Shown here one piece after another: positions 47,058-59,095 of a stretch of DNA of 64,000 bases. Numbering within the stretch: position 1 is the stretch's first letter; every line of letters starts with the position of its first letter. A program made the translations under genes and the position numbers. The notes below the pieces were generated by a model that ran no database searches, was not told where the DNA came from, and was given only the letters and a program-made list of their open reading frames with translations. This stretch comes from Thermoplasmata archaeon (lineage in GTDB: Archaea > Thermoplasmatota > E2 > JACPAO01 > JAHFTW01): assembly GCA_034667725.1 (NCBI GenBank), contig JAXDQS010000006.1, positions 1 to 64,000 of the forward strand, given 5' to 3'.

Positions 47058-48257
47058 TTACTTGTCCAGGACGGGCGTCCGCTGCGGGACCTTGGCCAAG
47101 ACGTAGCCGGCGCCGCTTGCGGCCAGGAGCTCCGCGAAGCCGGGCGGGGTGTCGGGCACGAACACGGCCCCCTGCGCCAGGCTGTGGTAGGCGTACCAGA
47201 CGAGTCCGCCGAAGGCCGCAAGGCCGACCAGGGTGAACAGCAGGAACTGGATGCGGGTGCCTTCCTTGGCGGTGTCGTCCGCCACCTCGTCGCCCTCCAG
47301 CATCTCCCAGAGCCGCGCCTCGGTCGGGCAGACGTTGCGGTAGAGGGCCCCCGTGCGGCGGGTCGCCATGTCGTGCAAGGTGTTGGCCTGGAGGACCGTC
47401 TGGAGGCGGGCCCGCAGCTCCTCCCCCGCCAGCTTCGTCGCCTCCTCGAGCGCCCCCAGGCCCGTGGTGGCCAGGCCCTGGACGATGGCCTCCAGCTCCC
47501 CCACCGGGTCCGCGACCTGGCCGTGCCAGGCCTGGATGCCTTTGAGAAGCTGCTCGACCTCGTCCTTGTCGGTGGCCCCCGCGTGCGCCTTCGCCTTGGC
47601 GGGCGTCGCGGCCTTGCGGGGCTTGCCGGCCAGGTTCTCCTTGGCAATGGCGGAGAACCGGGTGGCCAGCACCCCCATGCGCAAGCTGTCGTCCTTGGCG
47701 TCGATGGCCGGCGGCGGCGCGGCCGTCAGGGTCTTCAGGAGCGACTCCGCGGCCGCGGCGGGCTGGGCCGCCACCCGGCCCTTGGCGATGCCGCTGACCT
47801 TGGCGAAGTCCGGCACCTTGCGCTTCTTGTTGGCCAGCACCATGGCCGAGCCCGTGACGGTGCCGACCGTGGCCACGGTCTGGCGGGCGACGCCGACCAG
47901 GGTCCCTTGGGGGGCGCCTGCGGTGTCGGCCCCGGCCAGCCCATCCGGGTTCCACCAGCCGACGGCCAGGATGACGGAGGCCAGCAGGACCGACCACGCG
48001 ATGACCTGGAACACGCCGAGGCTGGCGACGTTGCGGCTGCTGACCACGATGCCCAGCCAGGTGCGCCGCCAGGCCCACCCGAGCAGCAGCACGGCGAGGG
48101 CGAGGCCGGCAAGCAGCAGCAGCCAGGCGTAGGCGGCGCCCATGGGCCAGTGCCGTTTCGACTCCAGCCCGGCGTAGAGGGCGCCGGCCGCCAGCGCCCA
48201 GAGCAGCAGGCCTGGGCGGCGGGCGCGGCAGGAGTGCTGGCCGGCGCCGGCCCGCAT
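47058..48257 (-). CDS. Hypothetical multi-pass membrane protein
   Basis: N- and C-terminal TM clusters around a helical soluble region; start uncertain. Confidence 0.65.
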   Translation of the reverse strand: MRAGAGQHSCRARRPGLLLWALAAGALYAGLESKRHWPMGAAYAWLLLLAGLALAVLLLGWAWRRTWLGIVVSSRNVASLGVFQVIAWSVLLASVILAVGWWNPDGLAGADTAGAPQGTLVGVARQTVATVGTVTGSAMVLANKKRKVPDFAKVSGIAKGRVAAQPAAAAESLLKTLTAAPPPAIDAKDDSLRMGVLATRFSAIAKENLAGKPRKAATPAKAKAHAGATDKDEVEQLLKGIQAWHGQVADPVGELEAIVQGLATTGLGALEEATKLAGEELRARLQTVLQANTLHDMATRRTGALYRNVCPTEARLWEMLEGDEVADDTAKEGTRIQFLLFTLVGLAAFGGLVWYAYHSLAQGAVFVPDTPPGFAELLAASGAGYVLAKVPQRTPVLDK

Positions 48258-48371
48258 GGGGCAGTCCGTGCGGTACCAGAATCCAAGCCAACCGAGGCCC
48301 ATGCCCTGGTCCACCGGGAGCCCCTGAAAGGAGCTTGTGGCCCATTCCGCCTCCTTGGGCCCCGTCTGAAC

Positions 48372-48380
48372 CTTTTAAGG
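48372..48380 (+). promoter_or_regulatory. TATA-like box
   Basis: CTTTTAAGG about 30 nt upstream of ATG 48408. Confidence 0.6.
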
Positions 48381-48407
48381 GGACCCCCCGTAGCGGCGAC
48401 CCGCCCC

Positions 48408-49778
48408 ATGATCACGTTCGGTCCCGCCGGAATCCCGCTGTCGTGCAAGGGCCGCACGGTGCGGGACGGCATCATCTACACCCGCAACCTCGAGCTGGAC
48501 GCGATGGAGGTCCAGTTCGTGCGCGGCATCCGGATGACCGAGGAGGAGGCCGTCAAGGTGCGCGAGACGGCGGAGCAGGCCGGCGTCGAGCTTCATGTCA
48601 AGGCGCCCTATTACATCAACCTGGCCGGCGACGAGGCCAACGTCGAGATGTCGGCCAACAAGATCCTGGCGACCGGCAAGCTGGCCGACCTGATGGGCGC
48701 CCAGACCGTCGTGTTCCACCCCGGCTTCTACGGCGACCTGTCGAAGGAGGAGACCATGGCGCGCGTGGTGCGCAACGCCCGCGACCTGCGCAGCCTGTTC
48801 ATCCGCGAGGGCTGGAAGCCCCGCCTCGGCATCGAGATCATGGGCAAGCGCAACGTCTTCGGCAGCCTGGAGGAGGTCGTCGAGGTGTGCCAGAAGGTCA
48901 AGGGCGTCGTGCCCGTCATCGACTTCGCGCACATCCACGCCCGCGGCAACGGCATCCTGCAGAACCCGGAGGACTTCCTGGCGGTGTTCGAGAAGCTCGC
49001 CCCGCTCAAGCTGGAGCACTACCTCATCCACTTCACGGGCATCCACTACGAGAACGGCAACGCGCGGTACCGCCTGCCCATCAAGAAGGGCGACCTGAAG
49101 TTCGAGCCCCTCGTGGACGTCCTCTTGGACCACAACATGTCGGCGACCATCATCTCGACCTCGCCGATCCTTGAGCACGACGCGATGTACATGAACATCG
49201 TCTTCGACCGCGTCAAGGAGCGCCGCGACGCCCGTGTCGCCAAGGAGCTCCAGGAGGCCATCCAGGCGGAGGAGAAGGAGAAGGTCCGCCAGCAGAAGGA
49301 GGCCGAGGCCGCCCGCGTGCGCGCCGAGAAGGAGGAGGTCGCCGCCCGCGCCAAGGCCGAGAAGGAGGCCGCCCGCCTCGCGACACTGGAGGCCAAGCGG
49401 CGCGCCGAGGAGGAGGAGGCCGCCCGCAAGGCCGCCATCCCCGACTGCGAGGCCCTCACCAAGTCCGGCCAGGCCTGCAAGAAGAAGGCCGACGGGCGCG
49501 GCAAGTTCTGCATCCAGCACAAGGGCTGGCGCGGCCAGACCATCTGGGACCTGCCCGAGAACCAGACCCCGAAGGTCGTGCAGTCCACGCCCAAGAAGCG
49601 CGTCCAGGTCCAGGTGGACGACTACAAGCTGTGGAAGAAGGACGAGCGCCTGGTGTTCGCCAAGGACAAGAAGGACGGCTACACGGCCATCTTCAAGGTC
49701 CCCGACGGCAAGCAGGTGCGCTACAACAAGCAGAAGGTCCCCGTGCTGCGCTCCCTCACCGACGACGCCGAGGAGTGA
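48408..49778 (+). CDS. Endonuclease IV-like TIM barrel with degenerate metal site, fused to a charged helix, CCCH finger and small C-terminal domain
   Basis: FGPAGIP, MEVQFVRG, APYYINL, VFHPG, EIMGK..FGSLEE, DFAH; then E/K/A-rich helix and CEALTKSGQAC..FCIQH. Confidence 0.88.
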   Translation: MITFGPAGIPLSCKGRTVRDGIIYTRNLELDAMEVQFVRGIRMTEEEAVKVRETAEQAGVELHVKAPYYINLAGDEANVEMSANKILATGKLADLMGAQTVVFHPGFYGDLSKEETMARVVRNARDLRSLFIREGWKPRLGIEIMGKRNVFGSLEEVVEVCQKVKGVVPVIDFAHIHARGNGILQNPEDFLAVFEKLAPLKLEHYLIHFTGIHYENGNARYRLPIKKGDLKFEPLVDVLLDHNMSATIISTSPILEHDAMYMNIVFDRVKERRDARVAKELQEAIQAEEKEKVRQQKEAEAARVRAEKEEVAARAKAEKEAARLATLEAKRRAEEEEAARKAAIPDCEALTKSGQACKKKADGRGKFCIQHKGWRGQTIWDLPENQTPKVVQSTPKKRVQVQVDDYKLWKKDERLVFAKDKKDGYTAIFKVPDGKQVRYNKQKVPVLRSLTDDAEE

Positions 49779-50329
49779 GGCCGGTGCAGCTCGGCACGCC
49801 GCTCGAGCACATCCTTGCCGCCGCGCGCACCACCCTCGACATCGAGGAGAAGCCGCTCGCGGAGTTCCTGCGCGTGCTGCAGCCCGCCCGCCGCGTGTTC
49901 CTGTACGGCCGCGGCCGCTCCGGCTTCGTCGCCCGCGCCTTCGCGGTGCGCCTCATGCACCTCGGCTACCAGACCTACGTCGTCGGCGAGACCATCACCG
50001 CGCCCGTCAAGCGGGACGACGTCGTGGTCCTGGTCTCCGGCTCCGGCAGCACCTACCCCGTCGTCATGACCGCCGAGCTCGGCCGCCGCCAGGGCGCCAC
50101 CGTCGTGGCCATCACGGCGCAGCCCGAGTCGGAGGTCGCGCGCCTTGCCCACGTCGTCGTGCCGCTGTCGCCGCCGGACGGCAACGGCGAGCGCGCCCGG
50201 CTGGCGCCGCTGGGCACGCTGTTCGAGACGAGCGCATGGCTGTTCTTCGACGCCGTGGTCGCGATCCTGATGGAGCGGCTGGGCGAGTCCGAGGCGTCCA
50301 TGCGGAAGCGCCACGCCACGCTCGAGTGA
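49775..50329 (+). CDS. hxlB: 6-phospho-3-hexuloisomerase (SIS domain)
   Basis: GRGRSG..FAVRLMHLG, VGET, SGSGST, APLGTLFE, RHATLE. Confidence 0.93.
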   Translation: MRPVQLGTPLEHILAAARTTLDIEEKPLAEFLRVLQPARRVFLYGRGRSGFVARAFAVRLMHLGYQTYVVGETITAPVKRDDVVVLVSGSGSTYPVVMTAELGRRQGATVVAITAQPESEVARLAHVVVPLSPPDGNGERARLAPLGTLFETSAWLFFDAVVAILMERLGESEASMRKRHATLE

Positions 50330-50347
50330 ACGCGCCAGCGCCCGCTG

Positions 50348-50402
50348 GCCGCGGAGGGCGCGGACCGTATGGGCTCCGCGGGCGCTCCGCGTCCTCCGCG
50401 GC
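50348..50402. repeat. Imperfect 17-bp inverted repeat between convergent genes
   Basis: GCCGCGGAGGGCGCGGA ... TCCGCGTCCTCCGCGGC. Confidence 0.75.
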
Positions 50403-50420
50403 TGCTGTCGATGCGGGCGC

Positions 50421-53400
50421 CTATCGCAGGCGCCGCCGCACGGCCACCAGGGCCACGGCGACCGCGCCCACCAGGGCGACGACCTCGAAGCCCGGGATGA
50501 GGCCCTTGCCGGAGGCGGGCGTGTTGTTGCCCGGGATGCCGGAGGTCGGGATCGACGCGTAGCCGGGCACGTACTGGCTGTTCAGGTCCTCGATGTAGCC
50601 GCCGGCGGCGTCCATCGAAGTGTACGCGGTCACGAGGTACTGCGACCCGGCGGGCGGGTTGATGTCGCGGAACGCCTTGGTGCTGGGCGACACGTCGAGG
50701 AGCTTGACCCAGGGGCTGCTCATGCGCCAGACCTGGTAGCCGGCGACGCCGGGCTGCTGCTGCCAGGAGACGATGACGTCGTTGCCCTCCGGGGTCGCCT
50801 GGATGGAGGCGCGCAGGGCCGCGTTGATGGCGGCCAGGTCGCCGGCCGCGGGGCCGGTGCCGCTGGTCGAGGTGGTGCCGGAGTCGGTGGTGGCGGTGTC
50901 CGAGCCCGTCGTCGACGTGCTGGTGTCGGTGGAGGTCGTGGGCGGGGGCGGGGGCGGCGGAGCGACCGGGGGCGGGGCGCCGCCGCCGGAGGTGCTGCCG
51001 GTGGCGCCGCCGGTGCCGCTCACGCGAACGGCGTTGACGGGCGGCGGGGCGTAGTCCTTGGTGGTGCCAAGCACCAGGTAGGCGACGTCGTCGTTGGCCT
51101 GGGTGGCGTCGGCGCCGTCGAAGCGCTGGTTGCCGTTGGCGTCGAAGTAGCGGATGAACCAGGTCAGGCCGCCGCCGGGGGTGGCGCAGGTGGTCTGGCC
51201 GCTCGTGAGGTCGGAGTTGCCGGCCAGCAGGATGGTGCCCGCGCCGTGCAGCGCCGTGCCCGTGGCCGGGTACGGGGTCGCGCGCAGGTCGAACGACTGG
51301 ATGGTGCCGGTGGCGCCGAAGGGGGCGCCGAAGTCCACCGTGTCGACCTCGATGTAGACGGGATCGGTCGAGGACAGGCCGGTGCGGCCGTCGACGTCGA
51401 TGTAGCACAGGCGGGTGCGCAGGCTGGCGCTGTCGCGGGTGAACGCGGCGCCGCCGGTGACCTCCTGCGAGTAGCTGGTGTCGCCGGTCTTGATCAGCGT
51501 GCCGGCCGCGGAGGCGCCGCTGGCGGTGAGGCGGATGTCGTTGACCTGCAGCGGCAGCGCGCCGGCGAAGCTCGCGAAGAACGAGTCGTCGGCCGCGGAG
51601 CCCGAGTCGCCGCGGTTGAACCGCACCAGCGTGAAGCTGCCGGCGAGCTCGCGCAGCACGGGCACGAAGCCGGTGGTGGCGGGCGTCACGCGGGCGCCGA
51701 AGGTCGAGCCGTAGAGGTAGGCGTCGCCGACGGCGAGGAACGGGAAGCAGGCGGCGGGGCACAGCGGGTCGTAGGACACGGCCACGATGTCGCCGGTGGC
51801 GAGGTTGATGCCGGTGGCGTCCGCGTCGGTGTTGACGACGCTGGTGCCCGCGACGCCGCCGACCGGGTGGTCGATGACGCGCACGTCGCCGAAGTCGACC
51901 CGGTCGTTCTCGGAGTCGTAGATGTACTCGGAGGAGCCGGCGTCGTAGGTGGTGTCCACGCCGGTGACGCGGATCTTGGCGTAGGCGGTGAGCGCGGTGC
52001 CGCAGTCGGCGTCGCCGGGGCACACCACCGGCTGGGCGGGGCCGTCGGCGAGCGAGGGGTGGAACAGGCGCATCATGCCGTTGACGACGGTGGCGCCCGA
52101 GCCGGTGTAGAGCGCCTCGGTGCCGGGCTCCCAGCGGCCGGCGACGGCGCCGAGGCCGTCGGACAGCAGGGTGCTCGCCATGGCCCGGAGCGGGGTGACG
52201 TCGGAGTTGTCGGCGTCGAAGCGCTTGACCACGAGGGCCGCGTCGGTGACGAGGGCGAGGCCGAGGTCGGAGTCGCCGGCCTTGGCCTGGGTGCCGGCCG
52301 CGAACGCGGGCAGCGCGGTCGTGATGCGGACGTCGCCAATCTCGACGGTGGCGGCGACGTTGCCGGCGCGCTTGAGGTAGATCGGGTCGTTGGCCGAGAA
52401 GCCGGCGGGCGACTGGTCGTAGTAGCGCAGCTGGCCGGCGAACGAGGCGGTGTAGGTGTCGATGCCGGTGCCGTGGCCGGGGGAGGTGGCGCTGGTGCCC
52501 TTGGTCGTGACCAGGACGCCGCCGCTGCTGCCGGAGGGGCCGCGATAGAGCGTGACGTCGCCCTGCAGCAGGACGGCGTTGGTGCCGTCGGGGTCCGGGA
52601 AGTGCAGGAACATGTGCTGGTTGGCGAGGTTGGCGTCGGCGGTGTTGGTGATGGCAACACCGGGGGCGACCTGGCGGTAGGTGGGCTTGGCGTCGACGCC
52701 GGTGGCCGTGGTGACGACCGTGCCGTAGTCGAGCGAGCTGGAGAGCAGGTTGACCGTGGTCTGCATGACGCGGACGTCGCCGAGGTCGGGGTGGATGGTG
52801 TTGGCGCCCGTCGCAGTGGGGGCGGAGGGGCCCTTGAGGAAGAACGCGTCCGAGGTGTTGATGGCGCCGGAGTTGTCGGCGTCGTACCAGGCGAGGTTGA
52901 AGGCGCCGGTGGCGAAGCTCAGGGTGATGGGCTTGGTGCGGTCGGCGTCGTTGGCCTCCACGATGTCCTGGTCGCCGGCCATCACGATGCGGGCCTTGGT
53001 GCAGGTGGTGCCGGAGCAGGAGAACTCGGCGGTGGCGCCGAGGCCAGGAGGCACGATGCGCAGGTCGCCGGCGGTCAGGGTGCCGGAGGCGCCCACGTCG
53101 ACGTAGAGGCCATCGCCGAAGGTCCAGCCGGGCTTGCCGTCCGACTCCAGGTAGCGCACCAGGGGCTCGATGGGGGCGAGCACCAGGGTGCCGTCGAAGT
53201 TGGGGGTGGCGGCGTCGGGGTCGCCGGGGCCGACCCAGGCGCCCTCCTTGGCCGTCGTGGGCGTGCACGCGCCGCTCGTGAGCACGACGCCGCAGGTCAG
53301 GCGGAAGGTGCGGCCCGCGGTGGTGAGGGCGGTGTCGGCGGCGGCGCCGAAGTGGATGTAGTAGGCGTCGTCCGCGTGGTCGGCGGCGATGCCGATGTCG

Positions 53401-53591
53401 CGGCGGGCCAGGTAGGCGTCGGTGACGCCGGCGAGCGTGTAGGTCAGGGTCGGGACGAAGTCGGGGTTGCCCGGCTGGACCTTGGTGCCGAGGCTGCCGT
53501 AGGAGACGGCGGCGGTCTCGGCGCCCAGGAGCAGGATGGTGACGATGGCCAAGGCGGCGATGCCGGCCTTGGTGGAAGCCCGGGTGGACAT
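50421..53591 (-). CDS. Large PGF-CTERM surface protein, diverged relative of 53728..55953
   Basis: Signal peptide; GTKVQPGNPDFVPT; recurring DxDxxG and D(V/I/L)R(I/L/V) motifs; Thr/Ser linker; IPGFE-TM-RRR. Confidence 0.88.
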   Translation of the reverse strand: MSTRASTKAGIAALAIVTILLLGAETAAVSYGSLGTKVQPGNPDFVPTLTYTLAGVTDAYLARRDIGIAADHADDAYYIHFGAAADTALTTAGRTFRLTCGVVLTSGACTPTTAKEGAWVGPGDPDAATPNFDGTLVLAPIEPLVRYLESDGKPGWTFGDGLYVDVGASGTLTAGDLRIVPPGLGATAEFSCSGTTCTKARIVMAGDQDIVEANDADRTKPITLSFATGAFNLAWYDADNSGAINTSDAFFLKGPSAPTATGANTIHPDLGDVRVMQTTVNLLSSSLDYGTVVTTATGVDAKPTYRQVAPGVAITNTADANLANQHMFLHFPDPDGTNAVLLQGDVTLYRGPSGSSGGVLVTTKGTSATSPGHGTGIDTYTASFAGQLRYYDQSPAGFSANDPIYLKRAGNVAATVEIGDVRITTALPAFAAGTQAKAGDSDLGLALVTDAALVVKRFDADNSDVTPLRAMASTLLSDGLGAVAGRWEPGTEALYTGSGATVVNGMMRLFHPSLADGPAQPVVCPGDADCGTALTAYAKIRVTGVDTTYDAGSSEYIYDSENDRVDFGDVRVIDHPVGGVAGTSVVNTDADATGINLATGDIVAVSYDPLCPAACFPFLAVGDAYLYGSTFGARVTPATTGFVPVLRELAGSFTLVRFNRGDSGSAADDSFFASFAGALPLQVNDIRLTASGASAAGTLIKTGDTSYSQEVTGGAAFTRDSASLRTRLCYIDVDGRTGLSSTDPVYIEVDTVDFGAPFGATGTIQSFDLRATPYPATGTALHGAGTILLAGNSDLTSGQTTCATPGGGLTWFIRYFDANGNQRFDGADATQANDDVAYLVLGTTKDYAPPPVNAVRVSGTGGATGSTSGGGAPPPVAPPPPPPPTTSTDTSTSTTGSDTATTDSGTTSTSGTGPAAGDLAAINAALRASIQATPEGNDVIVSWQQQPGVAGYQVWRMSSPWVKLLDVSPSTKAFRDINPPAGSQYLVTAYTSMDAAGGYIEDLNSQYVPGYASIPTSGIPGNNTPASGKGLIPGFEVVALVGAVAVALVAVRRRLR

Positions 53592-53677
53592 GACGGCCGT
53601 TCAATGGCTGGCAAGCGATAATAAGCTCCCGGTCGCGACGGCCACGGCGAAGCGCCTGCCGCGGCAGGTCGAAACCG

Positions 53678-53716
53678 AACAAAAGGGAGGGAAAGGGAAG
53701 GAGGGGGAAAGGGAGT
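53678..53716 (-). terminator. Pyrimidine/U-rich terminator after the probable S-layer gene
   Basis: Minus strand CCCTTTCCCCCTCCTTCCCTTTCCCTCCCTTTTGTT right after the stop. Confidence 0.6.
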
Positions 53717-53725
53717 TCGCGCTAG

Positions 53726-55953
<2,228 letters not shown>

Positions 55954-56078
55954 GTGTTTGTTCCTCCAATTGTGGTCCAGGGTTGCGTCCGGTCTGGGCC
56001 ATCACCGATGGCGACGTTCCGGGGCGTGGACCCGTGAGGGCCCGGCCTTGGACTCGGGCTCCGGTTACATTCGACCCA

Positions 56079-56086
56079 TATAAAAA
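56079..56086 (-). promoter_or_regulatory. Consensus archaeal TATA box of the probable S-layer gene
   Basis: TTTTTATA on the minus strand about 125 nt upstream of ATG; GGAGG at 55963-55967. Confidence 0.7.
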
Positions 56087-56225
56087 GGAGTCCCTTAAAC
56101 TAGATAAGGCGCCCTTCGGCCCGGGCCGCCCCTTTCCTACTGGGACAGGTTCATGTTCCAGTGGAACGGATGGAAGCCGCCCGCGTGCTTCCAGGAGAAC
56201 CTTCGCTGCCGGTGGAATCAATCGG

Positions 56226-57221
56226 CTAATCGAGCCGGCGCCGGGCCATGGCCAAGGCCGCCGCCAGGCCGGCCGCGACCGCGAACGCGGCCGCCGGGCT
56301 CGACTTGGTCGACGTGGCCGGGCCGGTGCGCGGGTTGCCCTGCGGGTAGCTGGGCGCCGACGAGGACGAGGTCGGCGGCGGGGGCGAGGTGGTCGTCTCC
56401 GACGGGTAGGTGATGGTGAAGCTCGTGCTGGACGGCGTGGTGGTGCTGGCCGAGCTGGAGGTGGTGCTGGAGCTCGTGGTGGACGAGGAGCCCGCCTTGA
56501 CCTGGGAGCCGAACTGGGTCTCCTCGAGCCGGAGCGCGCCCAGCGGGATGGTGCTGCCCGCGGGGTGGCCGGTGGCGGCCGTCGGGAGCAGGAACGCCTC
56601 GTCGGCGGGGCCGAACAGGGTGTTGGCGTCCTTCTCCAGCCAGGTCACGGACGGGGTCGCAAGCGGCACGGCGCCTTGGCCGGTGCCGTAGTAGTCGGGG
56701 TGGTTCGAGAACACCAAGGTGCCCGCGGGCAGGTCGCCGGCCGGCGTCAGGCGGATGGTGGGCGTCACCTGGGAGCCGCTGGAGCTGGTGGGCTTGAGGC
56801 CGGGGGAGCCGTCGGCGTCGAGGTAGAGCGCGTCGCTGTCGTCGTAGTTGCCGTTGGTGTTGCCGTCGACGTACTTCAGCGTCATCGGGATGATGCGCAG
56901 GTTCGTGCCCGAGAACAGCTCCGCCGCGTCCTCCGACACCACCAGGCTGCCCGGCGCCTTGTCGTAGCAGACCGAGCCCTCGCGGAACGAGCGCAGGATG
57001 CGGACGTCATGCACCGAGACGCCGCCGCCCGGGTTGCTCATCTCCAGGTAGGCGCAGTCGTCGTACGGGTCCCCGGTCAGGCCGAAGTCGATGTAGGCCA
57101 CCGAGACCTCGAAGCTCGCGACCCCGGTGGTCGCGGCGGGGCTCTGGGCCGCGCCGGGCATGGCGGCCGCGGCCAACAGGAGGGCGAGGGCGGCCGTGGC
57201 CAGGAGGGACCTGGATTGCAT
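56226..57221 (-). CDS. Surface protein with one diverged copy of the S-layer repeat
   Basis: DFG..DDCAY, YVDGNTNGNYDDSDALYL, TIRLTPAG..AGTLV, FGSQVKAG; Ser/Thr linker; SPA-TM-RRR. Confidence 0.85.
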   Translation of the reverse strand: MQSRSLLATAALALLLAAAAMPGAAQSPAATTGVASFEVSVAYIDFGLTGDPYDDCAYLEMSNPGGGVSVHDVRILRSFREGSVCYDKAPGSLVVSEDAAELFSGTNLRIIPMTLKYVDGNTNGNYDDSDALYLDADGSPGLKPTSSSGSQVTPTIRLTPAGDLPAGTLVFSNHPDYYGTGQGAVPLATPSVTWLEKDANTLFGPADEAFLLPTAATGHPAGSTIPLGALRLEETQFGSQVKAGSSSTTSSSTTSSSASTTTPSSTSFTITYPSETTTSPPPPTSSSSAPSYPQGNPRTGPATSTKSSPAAAFAVAAGLAAALAMARRRLD

Positions 57222-57318
57222 GCGCGGGCGACGGAAGGCATGCGTTTAAGGAGGTTGCGTGCCCGGCATCCGGCAGGCCCGGGCAAGGCCTCAAGTCCCG
57301 CGCCCCATCGCGCCGAGC

Positions 57319-57963
57319 GTGCCCATCCGCGCCGTCCTGTGGGACCTCGACGGCACCCTGCTGGACTCCAACCCCAGCATCCGCGCCACCATGAACCACG
57401 TCCTCAAGGAGCGCGGCCTGCCCGTGTTCGCCAAGCAGGAGCTGGACCTGCTGGTCGGCCATCCGCTGCGGGAGATCCTGGCCACCAAGTGCCCCGACCC
57501 CGCCGTGGTGGAGACGATGGCGCACCGCTACCGCGCGGTCTACAACGAGTCGGGCTGGCTCACCGTCCGGCTGCACGACGGCGTCCCCGAGCTGGTGGAC
57601 GAGCTGGAGCGCCGCGGCGTCCGCCAGGCCCTCGTCACCTCCAAGGGCCAGCAGGAGACGGAGACCCTGATAACGGACCTGGGCTTCGCGCACCCTTGGG
57701 ACGCCATCGTGGGCGACGACGACGTCCGGCCGCTCAAGCCCGACCCGGCGCCGGTGCTGGAGGCGCTTCGGCTCCTGGACTGCCTCCCCGGGGAGGCGGC
57801 GATGGTGGGCGACACCCGGTTCGACATCGGCGCCGGCAAGGGCGCGGGCGTCCTCGCGGTGGGCGTGCTGTGGGGCAACGGGTCGGCCGAGAGCCTGCGG
57901 CAGGCGGGCGCGGACGCCTTGGTGCGCGACCCGAAGGAACTGCGGAAGCTGCTCTTGAAGTGA
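57319..57963 (+). CDS. HAD-family hydrolase (phosphoglycolate phosphatase-like)
   Basis: WDLDGTLLDS, VTSK, KPDP, MVGDT..DI. Confidence 0.92.
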   Translation: MPIRAVLWDLDGTLLDSNPSIRATMNHVLKERGLPVFAKQELDLLVGHPLREILATKCPDPAVVETMAHRYRAVYNESGWLTVRLHDGVPELVDELERRGVRQALVTSKGQQETETLITDLGFAHPWDAIVGDDDVRPLKPDPAPVLEALRLLDCLPGEAAMVGDTRFDIGAGKGAGVLAVGVLWGNGSAESLRQAGADALVRDPKELRKLLLK

Positions 57964-57970
57964 GCCTGCT

Positions 57971-58147
57971 TCAGGCCGTCGTCAGGCGCCAGTAGTGGTG
58001 CAGCAGCAGGACGCAGACGCCGGCGACACCGGCCACGATGAGGACGATGCTGGGCCGCACCTTGAAGGCGGTGTCCTCTTCCGCGTCGAAGTAGCGGATG
58101 AGGCCGGCCGCCGACTGGATGCCCGGGCCCTTGTTCTTCTGCGCCAT
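57971..58147 (-). CDS. secG: Preprotein translocase subunit Sec61beta
   Basis: GIQSAAGLIRYFDAEE..KVRP plus one TM. Confidence 0.92.
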   Translation of the reverse strand: MAQKNKGPGIQSAAGLIRYFDAEEDTAFKVRPSIVLIVAGVAGVCVLLLHHYWRLTTA

Positions 58148-58194
58148 TGCGCCGGCCAGAGAGGGGGTCTTGATAGGTTCTTCGCAGCCGCCTC

Positions 58195-59058
58195 TCAAGC
58201 GGGCCCGGCGCCGCGTGGCGGCAGCAGCAGCCAGCCGCCCGCGGCCACGAGCGCGACGGCGCCGACGTGCAGCGGCGTCACCGTCTCGCCCAGCACCAAG
58301 GCCCCGCCGAACGCGCCCACCAAGGCGGTGGTGGCGACGTTCATGGCGCTGGTGCGGCCGGCGCCGATGCGCTTGAGGGCGGCGTAGAACAGCAGCGAGC
58401 TGACGGCGATCGAGACGACGCCGAGCGCCGCCATCGCGCCGGCCCCCGCGGGCTGCGGCCGCGGCGAGCCGAGCAGCAGGGCGGCGGCGAGGGTGGCGAG
58501 GCCGCCGAGCAGCGCCTTGGCGGCGATCAGGCCGGGCGCGGCGTGGGCACCGACGAGGCGGGTGCTCACGACGTTGTCGACGCCCCAGGCGAGGGCGGAG
58601 GCGGCCACCAGGAGCGCGCCGAGCGGCGTGGTGCGGCCGCCGGGGCCGGCTTGGGCAAGCGCCACGGCGGCGGAGGCGGCCAGGAGGGCGGCAAGGCCGA
58701 GGAGGTGCCGGCCGGCGAACCGCTCGTGCAGGAACGCGGCGGCCAGGATGGCGGTGGCGACCATCTCCAGCGTCAGCAGCAGGCCCGCGTCGACGGCGGC
58801 GGTCTCGCGCAAGCCCAAGAACAGCAGGACCGGGGCGAGGCCGCCGCCCACCAGGCCCATGGTGAGCACCTTGGCGAGGTCGCCGCGGGCCAGGCGCAGC
58901 CGGCGCAGGAACGGGGACAGCGCGGCGGCGGCCACGAGGTAGGCGACGGCGGCCTTCCAGAGCGGGTCCACGTCGACGGGCTTGGCCAGGACGTTGATGG
59001 CGCCGTACAGGATGCCGGAGCCGCCGGCCAGCAGCAGGCCGGTGCGTCGCGCATCCAC
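58195..59058 (-). CDS. DMT/EamA family transporter
   Basis: About 10 TM in two halves; GL..T....A.LL..LE, WGVDN, LGE. Confidence 0.9.
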   Translation of the reverse strand: MDARRTGLLLAGGSGILYGAINVLAKPVDVDPLWKAAVAYLVAAAALSPFLRRLRLARGDLAKVLTMGLVGGGLAPVLLFLGLRETAAVDAGLLLTLEMVATAILAAAFLHERFAGRHLLGLAALLAASAAVALAQAGPGGRTTPLGALLVAASALAWGVDNVVSTRLVGAHAAPGLIAAKALLGGLATLAAALLLGSPRPQPAGAGAMAALGVVSIAVSSLLFYAALKRIGAGRTSAMNVATTALVGAFGGALVLGETVTPLHVGAVALVAAGGWLLLPPRGAGPA

Positions 59059-59095
59059 GCGCGCGGCAGGCGGGCGGGCTTGAAAGCCGCCGCTA

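Noticed and set aside
49775-50329. Methylotrophy inferred from hxlB
   Set aside because: Archaea commonly use the reverse RuMP pathway for pentose synthesis, and hxlA is not in the window.
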